Positions 10,373 through 20,344 of a stretch of 64,000 nt of DNA are shown here, one piece after another (the first letter of the stretch is position 1; every line of letters begins with the position of its first letter). A model generated the notes under the pieces. The model was not told the DNA's origin. It worked only from the letters and a program-made list of their open reading frames with translations, and ran no database searches. A program made the translations under genes and the position numbers. Where the stretch lies: the NCBI GenBank assembly GCA_963693055.1, contig OY843751.1, positions 4,608,001 through 4,672,000 of the forward strand, given 5' to 3'. The DNA comes from a bacterium. Its GTDB lineage: Bacteria > Zhuqueibacterota > Zhuqueibacteria > Residuimicrobiales > Krinioviventaceae.

Positions 10373-10780
10373 ATGAAATACTATCGCTACCTCTTTCTTT
10401 TCTACTTTATTGCGCACTTGATGAATGAAATGATTTTTGAATACTTGCCCAATGCAAAAGCCTGGGATCCCAATACAATTCTATATCTGATATTTCTACC
10501 CATCATATTGGCCATCATACTCTCAATCATTTATTTTCTTGAGAAATTCTCTTTCAAACAATATTTAATAGGACTGTTATGTTCCATATTGGGTATTATT
10601 GTGGCAACTATCGTAGCGCTCTTTTTTAACTATATACTGACAGCAGAAAAAAGTTATTACTTTGGAGAACAAATCCCCTGGCTCATAATGTTTTTAATGA
10701 TCGAGTGTGTTATCATTCTTATCTCCACTACAATCCTGTTCCCACTATTCTTTTGGCTTGTTAGAAAAATCAAAAAATAA
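10373..10780 (+). CDS. Hypothetical four-TM membrane protein
   Basis: AGGA SD; four hydrophobic segments. Confidence 0.6.
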   Translation: MKYYRYLFLFYFIAHLMNEMIFEYLPNAKAWDPNTILYLIFLPIILAIILSIIYFLEKFSFKQYLIGLLCSILGIIVATIVALFFNYILTAEKSYYFGEQIPWLIMFLMIECVIILISTTILFPLFFWLVRKIKK

Positions 10781-10941
10781 ATTATTACACTATACCCCAA
10801 GCGACAGTCAATTCCTATCCTACTTACGGATTATACCTTTGCACAATCCACCGAAAAGCACCAATGCCTTAAAAAAACAGTAACCATTGATCAAAAATAT
10901 TTGTATTTTTCATAAACATTCAAAATTCCGGATACAATTTT

Positions 10942-12501
10942 ATGAATATACTGTACGTGCCCATGTTGATATCGGGTATACTGTGTACCTTGTTATCAAT
11001 TATCACTTGGTTGTTTCGTCACCGTGAAAAAATAAACCGTGTCTTTTCCTTTTTCACACTTACCCTGGCAATTGACAGCTTTGCATTCTTTGCATGGTTC
11101 CAGTACGGACATGTTGAGCAAATCAAAAGCTGGATGCGTTTCACATTCACAGCTGGCTTTCTCGTCCCAATTGCCCTGGTAATATTTTTTTATGCGTTTA
11201 CCGGTTATGACAAAAAACCAAACGATACTGTTCTCAAGATCAAAACCGGACTATTTAAAAAAATTGCCATAGGTTTTATCATTCTGAACATGGTGCTTTC
11301 ACAATTAACAGAACTTGTCATAAAAATATCAGACAACCCCCAACACATTTGGGATGTTGAATTTGGCCAAGTAGGAGAATCTCTTTTTACACTTTTTGGG
11401 TTTATCTTTATCTACTTGTTTGCCATGGCAGTTAAAAGCTTTAAAACAGCAAAGGAAAAATCACAAAAACGCTTCATCATACTTATTTCAGCAGGCACTT
11501 TGGTGTGGCTGCTATTTGGGTATATTGGAGCAGCAATTTTCCCGGCCGAGAATGTAATGTGGCAGGGTACAAACTATCTCGGCACAGCGCTCATGGCTGT
11601 ATTCTTTTTCGTGGCAATACTGAACCACCAGATTGAAAAGGTCTATGAACTAAACATCAATCTCGAACATAAAGTGGATGACCGCACCCGTGAACTGCAA
11701 CAAAAAAATCTCGAACTTGAAGATACACTCTTGAAACTCAACCAGATGCAAAAACAGGTCATAGTGCAGGAAAAAATGGCCTCCCTGGGTCAGTTGGTTG
11801 CAGGGTTGACCCACGAACTTAACACACCCATCAGTGCTATCCGCAGTATGAACGATACAAAAGCCAAAGCTGCCGCCAAACTAGTGAACCAGTTACAATC
11901 CCTTGTTAATATTGAAAACAATCCCGAGATTGGCAAAATGATCCAAATTCTTTTGGATGCGGACAATTTGATTACCCAGGGTACCAACCGGTTAAGTGAG
12001 ATTGTTAACAATCTGAAAAATTTTGTCAGACTCGACGAATCAGAAATGATGAAAGCAGACATACATGAAGGATTGAACAGCATACTTTTACTCACCAAAC
12101 ACGATATGCTCAACAATATTAATGTTATCAAAACTTATGGTAATATACCCGAATTTTACTGTAATCCCCGCAAATTGAACCAGGTCTTTTTCAACCTCAT
12201 CAAAAACGCAAGTCAGGCCATTGATGGTACAGGAACAATCACTATCACTACCTCCCTTCAGAATAATAACATTCACATCTCTATTCGGGATACTGGAAAA
12301 GGCATTGAACCGGAAAAAATCGATTCTATTTTTGATCCCGGATTTTCAACCAAAGATGCCACTGTCAGAGCAAGCCTGGGTTTATCCATATCCTCTCAAA
12401 TCGTACAGGAACACAAGGGAGAGATCAAAGTAGAGAGTCAACCGGGGAAGGGATCGGTTTTTACAGTTATACTGCCTATAGATTTAAGCAATAACAATTA
12501 A
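10942..12501 (+). CDS. Membrane sensor histidine kinase with ~7-TM N-terminal domain
   Basis: EKMASLGQLVAGLTHELNTP H-box, LNQVFFNLIKNA N-box, DTGKGI G1, FDPGFSTK F-box. Confidence 0.92.
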   Translation: MNILYVPMLISGILCTLLSIITWLFRHREKINRVFSFFTLTLAIDSFAFFAWFQYGHVEQIKSWMRFTFTAGFLVPIALVIFFYAFTGYDKKPNDTVLKIKTGLFKKIAIGFIILNMVLSQLTELVIKISDNPQHIWDVEFGQVGESLFTLFGFIFIYLFAMAVKSFKTAKEKSQKRFIILISAGTLVWLLFGYIGAAIFPAENVMWQGTNYLGTALMAVFFFVAILNHQIEKVYELNINLEHKVDDRTRELQQKNLELEDTLLKLNQMQKQVIVQEKMASLGQLVAGLTHELNTPISAIRSMNDTKAKAAAKLVNQLQSLVNIENNPEIGKMIQILLDADNLITQGTNRLSEIVNNLKNFVRLDESEMMKADIHEGLNSILLLTKHDMLNNINVIKTYGNIPEFYCNPRKLNQVFFNLIKNASQAIDGTGTITITTSLQNNNIHISIRDTGKGIEPEKIDSIFDPGFSTKDATVRASLGLSISSQIVQEHKGEIKVESQPGKGSVFTVILPIDLSNNN

Positions 12502-12630
12502 TGTTCATGCAAAAACTCTTGCAAATGTATTATTAGTATAATAAATTATACCGGGAACAAAACACTTGCTGTTGAAATTAAACAAACAGGAATCCACAAT
12601 TTATTATTTATCATAAAAATTGAGGGGGAA

Positions 12631-13263
12631 ATGAAAAGCAAAAACTATGTTACATTTTTTGGTATGCTAGTGCTTGTTTGTCAATTATACGCTGAATCTA
12701 ATCGGTTCTCAATGGGAATAAATCTAGGGGATTTATTTTCCAATTATGATCTTGGCAGCGAGATGGCAAACACACTGTACTCACAGATTCAGTACCCGGT
12801 ACTTTACATGTCCTTAACAGAGTCCAAAATCAAAATAGAACCTGAATTCAGTTATTGGAGATATTCTGATGATAGCAACAATGGCATGTACAAGTCTACG
12901 ATGCATTATTCTGTGATTCATTTAGGAATTGGCCTGTCTCCCATCATCTCGCAGACCCATAAAACGACAACCTATATAGGGGCAAAAATAGGATTAGACA
13001 AGCTTTACTTTGAGAATAAATCCAATTACAGTTATGGCTCCGAAACTTCCATCTCCAGCAGGACCGACTTGCTCATAGGGCCTTATTTGGGTATCGAATA
13101 TATGTTAAGAGACAAACTCAGCCTGGGGACTGAATTCCAAATAATGACAACCATACTCGGGAATGAAGACAATACAGGCAGCAGCAATGCAGAAAATTAC
13201 GACAACAAATCAGGATATTTTATAAATAGCGAAGCATTATTATTCTTGAAATGGCATTTTTAA
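12631..13263 (+). CDS. Outer-membrane beta-barrel protein (paralog 1)
   Basis: Signal peptide; IEPEFSYWRYS, RTD...GP.LG.EY...LSLG.EFQ; terminal aromatic residue. Confidence 0.75.
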   Translation: MKSKNYVTFFGMLVLVCQLYAESNRFSMGINLGDLFSNYDLGSEMANTLYSQIQYPVLYMSLTESKIKIEPEFSYWRYSDDSNNGMYKSTMHYSVIHLGIGLSPIISQTHKTTTYIGAKIGLDKLYFENKSNYSYGSETSISSRTDLLIGPYLGIEYMLRDKLSLGTEFQIMTTILGNEDNTGSSNAENYDNKSGYFINSEALLFLKWHF

Positions 13264-13334
13264 AACTCAATAACCTGTTAAAATTCATTTGGTAATATAA
13301 CTATTAACAATATTTACAATATCATGAGGGTAAA

Positions 13335-13970
13335 ATGAAAAACATCACAATTGTTTTATTCGTGTTTTTAGCAGCAACACAATCTTTTGCAGAATCCAAT
13401 AAATATGCAGTGGGTATGAACCTCGTAGAACTCTTTCAAGAATTTGACTTCCCAAACCAGTATGAGAGTGAAATATATGACTATATCAAATTCCCGATTC
13501 TTTATGGAACAGTCATAACAAACAACTTTCGAATTGAGCCCGAATTCAGTTTCTGGAGATATTCTCACAAGGACGATTTTTCTTCTGAATCTTATTCTCA
13601 GGAAAACACCTTGTCAATTTTTCATCTGGGAATAGGTTTTTCAAAGATCCTCAAAAACAATGAAAAAAGTAATACTTATCTAGGAATCAAGTTGGGCATT
13701 AACAGCATGTCATCAACATCAAAGTTTAACGGTGAAGCAAGTAGTAATAAAACCGAAACCAAAAGGACCGATTTTTACACAGGGCCGGCATTGGGGACAG
13801 AATACTTTCTTACAGATCAACTAAGTCTGGGATCTGAATTTCAATTCCTGATAACATTTCTGGGTAAAGATAAAGTAGAGCAAAGTAACCAACAAACCAA
13901 CAACAGACCCGATGAATCCGGCTCATTATCAAAAAGCAAGTTACTATTATATTTACGCTTATATTTATAA
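13335..13970 (+). CDS. Outer-membrane beta-barrel protein (paralog 2)
   Basis: Shares AESN, IEPEFS.WRYS, RTD and LSLG.EFQ with the upstream gene. Confidence 0.75.
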   Translation: MKNITIVLFVFLAATQSFAESNKYAVGMNLVELFQEFDFPNQYESEIYDYIKFPILYGTVITNNFRIEPEFSFWRYSHKDDFSSESYSQENTLSIFHLGIGFSKILKNNEKSNTYLGIKLGINSMSSTSKFNGEASSNKTETKRTDFYTGPALGTEYFLTDQLSLGSEFQFLITFLGKDKVEQSNQQTNNRPDESGSLSKSKLLLYLRLYL

Positions 13971-13999
13971 AGTTTTATTTTAGTATCAAGTCACAATTA

Positions 14000-14031
14000 A
14001 TTGGCCGTATGGCTACTCCCATTCGGCCAAT
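14000..14031 (+). terminator. Hairpin after OMP pair
   Basis: ATTGGCCG...CGGCCAAT inverted repeat. Confidence 0.5.
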
Positions 14032-14280
14032 CTAATTGTATTTCTGTTATTCAAAACTTGAGTATAACTAAAGAGTAGACACAACTGGAAACAATTATTA
14101 TCTTTCAAGTAACATATAATATCTTTTGAAACCAAATGGGGTATCACCATATAAACTGATTTGTTCCTCATTATCAGTTCTCATAAGGTATTTGAATAAT
14201 TCTGCTGCAATTATCAACTTTCCCCCCAAAAAAGACTAAATTTTAATAAATTCATTACGATATATGTGTTATAGCTTGCA

Positions 14281-15627
14281 TTGTATTCAAAAGTATTAAA
14301 AAGGACCCAGCATATCATTCAATCACAAAACAATCCAAGAGGATATATTTTTAAAGCAGCCTTCAAGTTACATGCCAATAGATATTCCAGCCATTTAAAT
14401 GAATTGCAAGAGTACCATATAAATCCTGCAAAGATGGAGTCAAAAACTGCTAAAAAATTGACAGCCCTACTTGAACATGCTGTGCAAACTACGCCTTTTT
14501 ACACCCATTTTGGATTAAAACCAGAATTGAATCATTTTCCGGTTTTGACAAAATCGATCCTGAAAACACAGTATAACGATTTTATTTCGAACGCATTTAA
14601 TCAGGCCCATCTTGAAAAAACAAGCACCAGCGGATCCACAGGAACACCTTTTGTATTTTATATCACACCGAACAAATTATGGCGTCGCACTACAGAAATG
14701 CTGTTTTACAATCAAATTGCCGGATACCTGCCGGGCATGCCATTTGCCTAGGTTCGTACAGATAAATTCAGCAGGTTTTATAAATTCATCCACAATGCGG
14801 TAATCATTAATCCGTCATATATTAATCAGGAATGGCTAAAAAAACAGAGAGAACTGCTTATAACAAAAAAGACTGAATTCCTTGTCGGTTGGCCCAGCGT
14901 TTTATCTCAAATTGCCTCCTATTGTAATGCTAGAGGAGACAATCAAGATACCTTTCATCTTAAAGGTATTGTCACCAGTGCAGAACCATTAACCAGGCAG
15001 CTCAGAAGCCAGATATCAGCCGTTTTGTGTGGCAATCTATATGATAGATACGCTACACAGGAACTCGGTTTAGTAGCACATGAATGTAAAATCTGCAACA
15101 GTTACCACTTGAATACCGCTTCACATTATTTCGAATTCCTGAAACTCGACAATAATGAACCAGCAGAACCCAATGAACCCGCCAGATTGATTGTCACAGA
15201 TCTCTATTCCCATGCAATGCCGCTCATCCGATACGAGATTGGTGATATCGTTACACGTAACACCCAGACAGATAAATGCCCAGGCGCCTTGAAAGTAAAA
15301 AGCATTCAAGGATGCGTGAATGATGTTATCTATAATCCCAACGGTACCATTGTCAACTGGGCTGTTATTGAAGATATTTTAAAAACAGCAGACAATTTTA
15401 TCAGCGATGTGAGTCAATACCAGTTTGTTCAGGAATCTATAGATCAATACAGCTTAAAGGTTATCAGCAAAAATCACAGATCATCAAAAACAGATCTGGA
15501 AAACAAGTTACTGCACCTGTTAGGTCCGCAAGCCAAAGCCAGAATAGAGTTTGTTCAAACAATCCCCAAGCTTCCATCAGGCAAATGCCCGGTAGTGTTG
15601 AACCAGATGACACGCAAATTGGCCTGA
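14281..15627 (+). pseudogene. Phenylacetate-CoA-ligase/CapK-family adenylate-forming enzyme interrupted by one in-frame TAG (14749-14751)
   Basis: TSTSGSTGTP P-loop; the same frame continues without a stop after the TAG (VRTDK...LVGWPS...TSAEPL...YDRYATQELG...MPLIRYEIGD...LPSGK). Confidence 0.8.
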
Positions 15628-15801
15628 ACTATTCATCAAAATATCCCCTGTTTTCCCCTATAACCCGACACCCTGCACCAAGGCAGGAAAAAACATATTG
15701 CTTTTGTGAATGTATCTGTTAATATTGATAACGGTAACGATGCTAACTTTCCACAACGTATTACAATCCATACAGTATTCAATACAACCTCAGGAGTAAA
15801 A

Positions 15802-16617
15802 ATGAAAACCCGATTACTGCCAAATCAAATTTTCAAAATCCTATTTCCCCTCACAATTCTGGTTCTGCTGATATCTGTATTTATCGGTTGTGCGCCCCAG
15901 GAACCGGTTTCACAAAATGATTATTACCAGATCAAAGTCTACCAATTGAGCAGCCAAGCTCAAATGGATCAGATAGAAAGTTATTTAAAAAACGCTTATA
16001 TACCGGCCTTGCACCGCGCGGGAATCCCTCAAGTGGGCGTATTCAAACCTAGAGAACAAGAATCCGAAACCAGCATGCAAGTTTGGGTTTGGTTGCCTTT
16101 TCATTCTTTTGAACAGTTTGAAGGACTTGAACAGATACTGGCAAATGATTCCCAGTATCAAACAGATGGTGCGGATTATATCAATGCGGCTTATGACAAT
16201 CCGCCATATGACCGTATCGAAACTACATTTTTAAAAGCATTTGCCGGAATGCCGCACTATGGCAGTTTTAGCTATGACAACCCGGTTCAGGACAGAGTCT
16301 ATGAACTTCGAAGCTACGAGTCTGCAACCGAAAAAGCCCACATGCTCAAAGTAGACATGTTTAACAGTGGCGAGATTGATATTTTTAAAAACATCGGTGC
16401 CAATCCCCTCTTTTTTGCCAAGGTACTTTCAGGTGCAACCATGCCAAACCTGATGTACATGACAACCTATGCCGACACACTGGCTCGCAAAAACACCTGG
16501 AGCTCCTTTAGCAACCACCCGGATTGGAAAGCCATGAAACAAATAGACAAATACAAAAATACTGTTTCCAAACATGTTCACAATTATCTCTATCCCACAG
16601 AATACTCGGATATTTAA
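15802..16617 (+). CDS. NIPSNAP-family lipoprotein (copy 1)
   Basis: AGGAG SD before ATG 15802; lipobox FIGC; RVYELRSYES, MPNLMYMT, LYPTEYSDI. Confidence 0.88.
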   Translation: MKTRLLPNQIFKILFPLTILVLLISVFIGCAPQEPVSQNDYYQIKVYQLSSQAQMDQIESYLKNAYIPALHRAGIPQVGVFKPREQESETSMQVWVWLPFHSFEQFEGLEQILANDSQYQTDGADYINAAYDNPPYDRIETTFLKAFAGMPHYGSFSYDNPVQDRVYELRSYESATEKAHMLKVDMFNSGEIDIFKNIGANPLFFAKVLSGATMPNLMYMTTYADTLARKNTWSSFSNHPDWKAMKQIDKYKNTVSKHVHNYLYPTEYSDI

Positions 16618-16625
16618 AATTTTTC

Positions 16626-16655
16626 CAGGCAGGGTAAATTTAAATCCCCTGCCTG
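16626..16655 (+). terminator. Hairpin after NIPSNAP copy 1
   Basis: CAGGCAGGG...CCCTGCCTG. Confidence 0.55.
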
Positions 16656-16834
16656 TGTTCCATTTCATGTCTTAATAACACTCTTGTTACACTAATTTTC
16701 AAGATCCAATACAAAAAATCATTGCTTTTAAGGGTGTATCTATTAATTTAATAAATATTCAACACCAGCAAAATCTTTTCCATCATTTTATAAACCGGGT
16801 AACTTGCTTTTCAATTTTAACTTCAGGAGTAACA

Positions 16835-17653
16835 ATGAAAAACAAATTGCTAACAAAACGTTTCTTGAACACTCTACTGGTCATAACAACTCTGGGCCTT
16901 TTATTATCAATGTTTACAGGTTGTACAACAACTCAGAAAGTAGTATCTGATCGTGACTATTACCAGCTCAAAATTTATCAACTCAGCAGTCAAGGACAAA
17001 TGGACCAGGTTGACAATTATTTAAAAACCGCCTATATACCGGCCTTGCATCGTGCGGGAATCCCTCAAGTAGGCGTATTTAAACCCAGACAACAGGAATC
17101 CGAAACCAGCATGCAGATCTGGGTTTGGGTACCATTCAAATCATTAGATCAGTTCAAGGGGCTGGATTTCATTCTTGCTAAAGACGGACAATATCAATCA
17201 GATGGCGACGCTTATATCAATGCCGCTCCGGATAAAGCACCCTATGACCGTATTGAAAGCATCCTGTTACTGGCTTTTTCAGCACAACCGCATTTTGGCA
17301 CATTTTCTTACGACAATCCGGTCAAAGACAGAATTTACGAACTGAGAAGCTATGAATCTCCAACCGAGAAAAAACATGTCAACAAGGTAGACATGTTTAA
17401 CAATGGCGAAGTCCAAACCTTTAACGCTATTGGTTCCAATCCCCTGTTTTTTGGTCAGGTTATTTCCGGGCCATGTATGCCCAACCTGATGTACATGACC
17501 ACATACAAAGACAGTGCATCTCATGCGGTACAGTGGAACAAATTCAGAACTCATCCCGACTGGCTGGCAATGAAAGACCTGCCCGAGTACGCGGACAATG
17601 TTTCTAAAAACACAAAATACTATCTATACCCCACCGAATATTCTGACATCTAG
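16835..17653 (+). CDS. NIPSNAP-family lipoprotein (copy 2)
   Basis: Close paralog of copy 1; lipobox FTGC; identical AYIPALHRAGIPQVGVFKPR and YPTEYSDI. Confidence 0.88.
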   Translation: MKNKLLTKRFLNTLLVITTLGLLLSMFTGCTTTQKVVSDRDYYQLKIYQLSSQGQMDQVDNYLKTAYIPALHRAGIPQVGVFKPRQQESETSMQIWVWVPFKSLDQFKGLDFILAKDGQYQSDGDAYINAAPDKAPYDRIESILLLAFSAQPHFGTFSYDNPVKDRIYELRSYESPTEKKHVNKVDMFNNGEVQTFNAIGSNPLFFGQVISGPCMPNLMYMTTYKDSASHAVQWNKFRTHPDWLAMKDLPEYADNVSKNTKYYLYPTEYSDI

Positions 17654-17663
17654 ACCCATTATT

Positions 17664-17695
17664 AAACAGGCAGGCTATTAATGCCTGCCTGTTTT
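17664..17695 (+). terminator. Intrinsic terminator
   Basis: AAACAGGCAGGC...GCCTGCCTGTTTT. Confidence 0.75.
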
Positions 17696-17802
17696 AATCA
17701 ATCACACCTAATATCCTTGCTACTATTGCAGATGAAACAATTAAACACTATATTGTGTGCAATTGAAATAATTAGCCATGCATCAAAAATCAGGATCCCA
17801 CA

Positions 17803-18450
17803 GTGAAACGTACATCTTTGATTATTTTCATCACGGCAATCATAACCATATCCTTGTACTACTGGGGTCAAAGAATACATGTGTATTTTTTCAAACCCCT
17901 TACAACAGCACTCATTATCTTACTTGCCGCGCAGGGTGCTTTTAAAACTCGTAATAAATATGGATATCTTGTAACAATCGGATTGGTCTTTTGCATTATG
18001 GGCGATGTATTTCTAATGCTTCCCGGTAAAACTTTTATCAAAGGTTTATCCAGCTTTCTAATCGCTCACTTGTTTTTCATCGCTGCGTTTCTCACAGAAG
18101 GATTTTATATTACCTGGTATATTTTGCTGATTTTGGGATTAACCGGAACCATAATATTTGCAATATTTTTTCCATCACTGAACGGCCTCCTTTGGCCGGT
18201 TCTGTTTTATTTATCCGCCATACTTTTTATGGCATGGCAGGCTATTGAACAATGCGTTCACATTCCTGCAAAAAACAAAACCTTTGCAGCAATAGGTTCA
18301 ATACTTTTTCTAACATCCGATTCCTTTTTGGCTTTTAACAAATTTCATACATCACTTCCATTATCTCACTTTTTGATTCTTGCTACCTATTATGCAGCAA
18401 TTTATTTTTTAGCGTTATCCGTTCATGATCCTGCTTTTCAAAAAAATTGA
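17803..18450 (+). CDS. yhhN: Lysoplasmalogenase (YhhN/TMEM86 family)
   Basis: FKPL, GDVFL, GL.SFLIAHL, SDSFLA, TYYAA motifs; multi-TM. Confidence 0.88.
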   Translation: MKRTSLIIFITAIITISLYYWGQRIHVYFFKPLTTALIILLAAQGAFKTRNKYGYLVTIGLVFCIMGDVFLMLPGKTFIKGLSSFLIAHLFFIAAFLTEGFYITWYILLILGLTGTIIFAIFFPSLNGLLWPVLFYLSAILFMAWQAIEQCVHIPAKNKTFAAIGSILFLTSDSFLAFNKFHTSLPLSHFLILATYYAAIYFLALSVHDPAFQKN

Positions 18451-18501
18451 ATAGATACAGATAATTCTTTTTTTATTAAAAATTTTGATTAATTTAATTG
18501 C

Positions 18502-19785
18502 ATGAATATACATAGAGACATAAATAAGCTGCTAAACGCTAAAGTCATTACACCTGAAACAGCGGCAGACATTCAGGCCTATTACCAAAACCGAAAGGCC
18601 AATGCCACAAACCGTTTGTTTGTCATTTTTGGAATTCTGGGTGCATTGCTGGTTGGACTGGGTATCATCCTTATATTTGCCCATAACTGGGACACGCTGC
18701 CACGTTTATTCAAAACCGGTTTGACATTTCTGTTGCTTGTCATTGCCCAACTGATTTGCAGCTATGCAATTACAAAAAAATCAGATAGCATCGCCTGGCG
18801 CGAAAGTAGTACCGTCTTTTTGTTCCTGATCATTGGTGCAACCATAGCCCTGATCGGTCAGATCTATCATTTGCCCGGCAATTTGGGACGGTTTCTATTA
18901 ACATGGATGCTGCTGGGGCTTCCGCTTGTGTATCTGGCAAAATCATCCATTTCATCTATACTGTACATTATCGGAATAACCGCATACGCCTGCGAGATAG
19001 GCTATTGGATGCATCCGGTAGCCGAGTCATGGCTATATTGGATTTTATTACTGGCCATTATCCCCCATTTTATCATATTAATTCGCAATTATCCGGAAAG
19101 CGGATTTACAACATTGCACAAATGGCTATTTCCCCTTTCGCCAATTATTGCACTGGGCACAATAGCGTTCAACAATACTGAATTTATGTTTGTTGCTTAT
19201 ATCAGCATGTTTGGTTTGTATCATATTATTGGCAACACACTATTCAATGATGAGAAAAGAACGATCAACAATGCTTTTACATTAACAGGGATTCTGGGGA
19301 CCCTCTCCCTCTTGTTAACATTGAGTTTTGACTGGTTCTGGAACGAACTGCAAAAAAGTTCATTCCATCCTGAATATATGCTGATATCCAGAGAAGGAAT
19401 TATAGCCATACTCGTCACATTGTCAGCAATCGTTTTAAAAATAATAATGGCTACCCGATATAAAAAAACAGATCTGTCTCCCTTTTCATATGCCTTTATT
19501 CTCTTTTTCTTTATTTTCCTTGCAGGAATGGCAACACCCGGCGCAGTATTTCTAATTAATCTCTTAATATTTGCAATGGGGCTGGGTGGAATTATTATGG
19601 GTACCAAAAATGGTGAAATTCTAGAATTAAATCTTGGCTTGCTGGTCATGTCTGCATTGATCATCTGTCGTTTTTTCGATACGGAATTCAGCTTTGTGAC
19701 CCGGGGAATTATTTTTGTTTTAATCGGCTCCGGCTTTTTTACAGCAAACTATTGGATGTTAAAAAAGAGAAAAGCCAATGCGTAA
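18502..19785 (+). CDS. DUF2157 multi-pass membrane protein
   Basis: GALLVGLGIILIFAHNWD, GATIALIGQIYHL. Confidence 0.85.
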   Translation: MNIHRDINKLLNAKVITPETAADIQAYYQNRKANATNRLFVIFGILGALLVGLGIILIFAHNWDTLPRLFKTGLTFLLLVIAQLICSYAITKKSDSIAWRESSTVFLFLIIGATIALIGQIYHLPGNLGRFLLTWMLLGLPLVYLAKSSISSILYIIGITAYACEIGYWMHPVAESWLYWILLLAIIPHFIILIRNYPESGFTTLHKWLFPLSPIIALGTIAFNNTEFMFVAYISMFGLYHIIGNTLFNDEKRTINNAFTLTGILGTLSLLLTLSFDWFWNELQKSSFHPEYMLISREGIIAILVTLSAIVLKIIMATRYKKTDLSPFSYAFILFFFIFLAGMATPGAVFLINLLIFAMGLGGIIMGTKNGEILELNLGLLVMSALIICRFFDTEFSFVTRGIIFVLIGSGFFTANYWMLKKRKANA

Positions 19786-20341
19786 AAATAAAATCATACT
19801 ATTGTTATTCATAATCGTTGCGATGGTCCAGCTCTTTGTCCCTGCATCCATGATAATCGATCGGGAAAACGTAATAAAGAACGGTAATAAGTTCAATTTC
19901 CTCACCGAACCGGTTGACCCCAACGACCCCTTTCACGGCAAGTATATCGACCTTGCGTTTACTGAAACAGAATTCCCCCTAAATAGTGATACCTCCTGGG
20001 TACCTAATGAAACGGTATTCGTTATTCTTGAAACAGACAAAGACGGCTTTGCCCGGATCCAATCCGTATCCAAGGAAAAGCCTCAAAACTCGACAGACTA
20101 TATCAAAGCTCGGGTTTATTATGTCCGCGCTGACGATGCAAATACAATGGTCATCAATTACCCCTTTAGCCGATTTTATATGCAAGAGACAAAGGCCCAA
20201 AACGCAGAAGACCAGTTCAGAAAAGCCCAACGCAATAATACAAAAAGTACCTATGCCATCATAAGCGTATTAAATGGCAAAGCAGTTATTCTTGATATTA
20301 TGATAGATAACGTCTCTGTTACCAAGCTCGCAAAACCATAA
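19778..20341 (+). CDS. GDYXXLXY-domain membrane-anchored protein
   Basis: PVDPNDPFHGKYIDLAF, RFYMQE; overlaps the DUF2157 gene, its usual partner. Confidence 0.85.
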   Translation: MRKNKIILLLFIIVAMVQLFVPASMIIDRENVIKNGNKFNFLTEPVDPNDPFHGKYIDLAFTETEFPLNSDTSWVPNETVFVILETDKDGFARIQSVSKEKPQNSTDYIKARVYYVRADDANTMVINYPFSRFYMQETKAQNAEDQFRKAQRNNTKSTYAIISVLNGKAVILDIMIDNVSVTKLAKP

Positions 20342-20344
20342 ATT

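Noticed and set aside
14749-14751. Genome-wide TAG reassignment
   Set aside because: TAG ends complete proteins elsewhere (4590, 5536, 17653, 35612), including at the position where a paralog uses TAA
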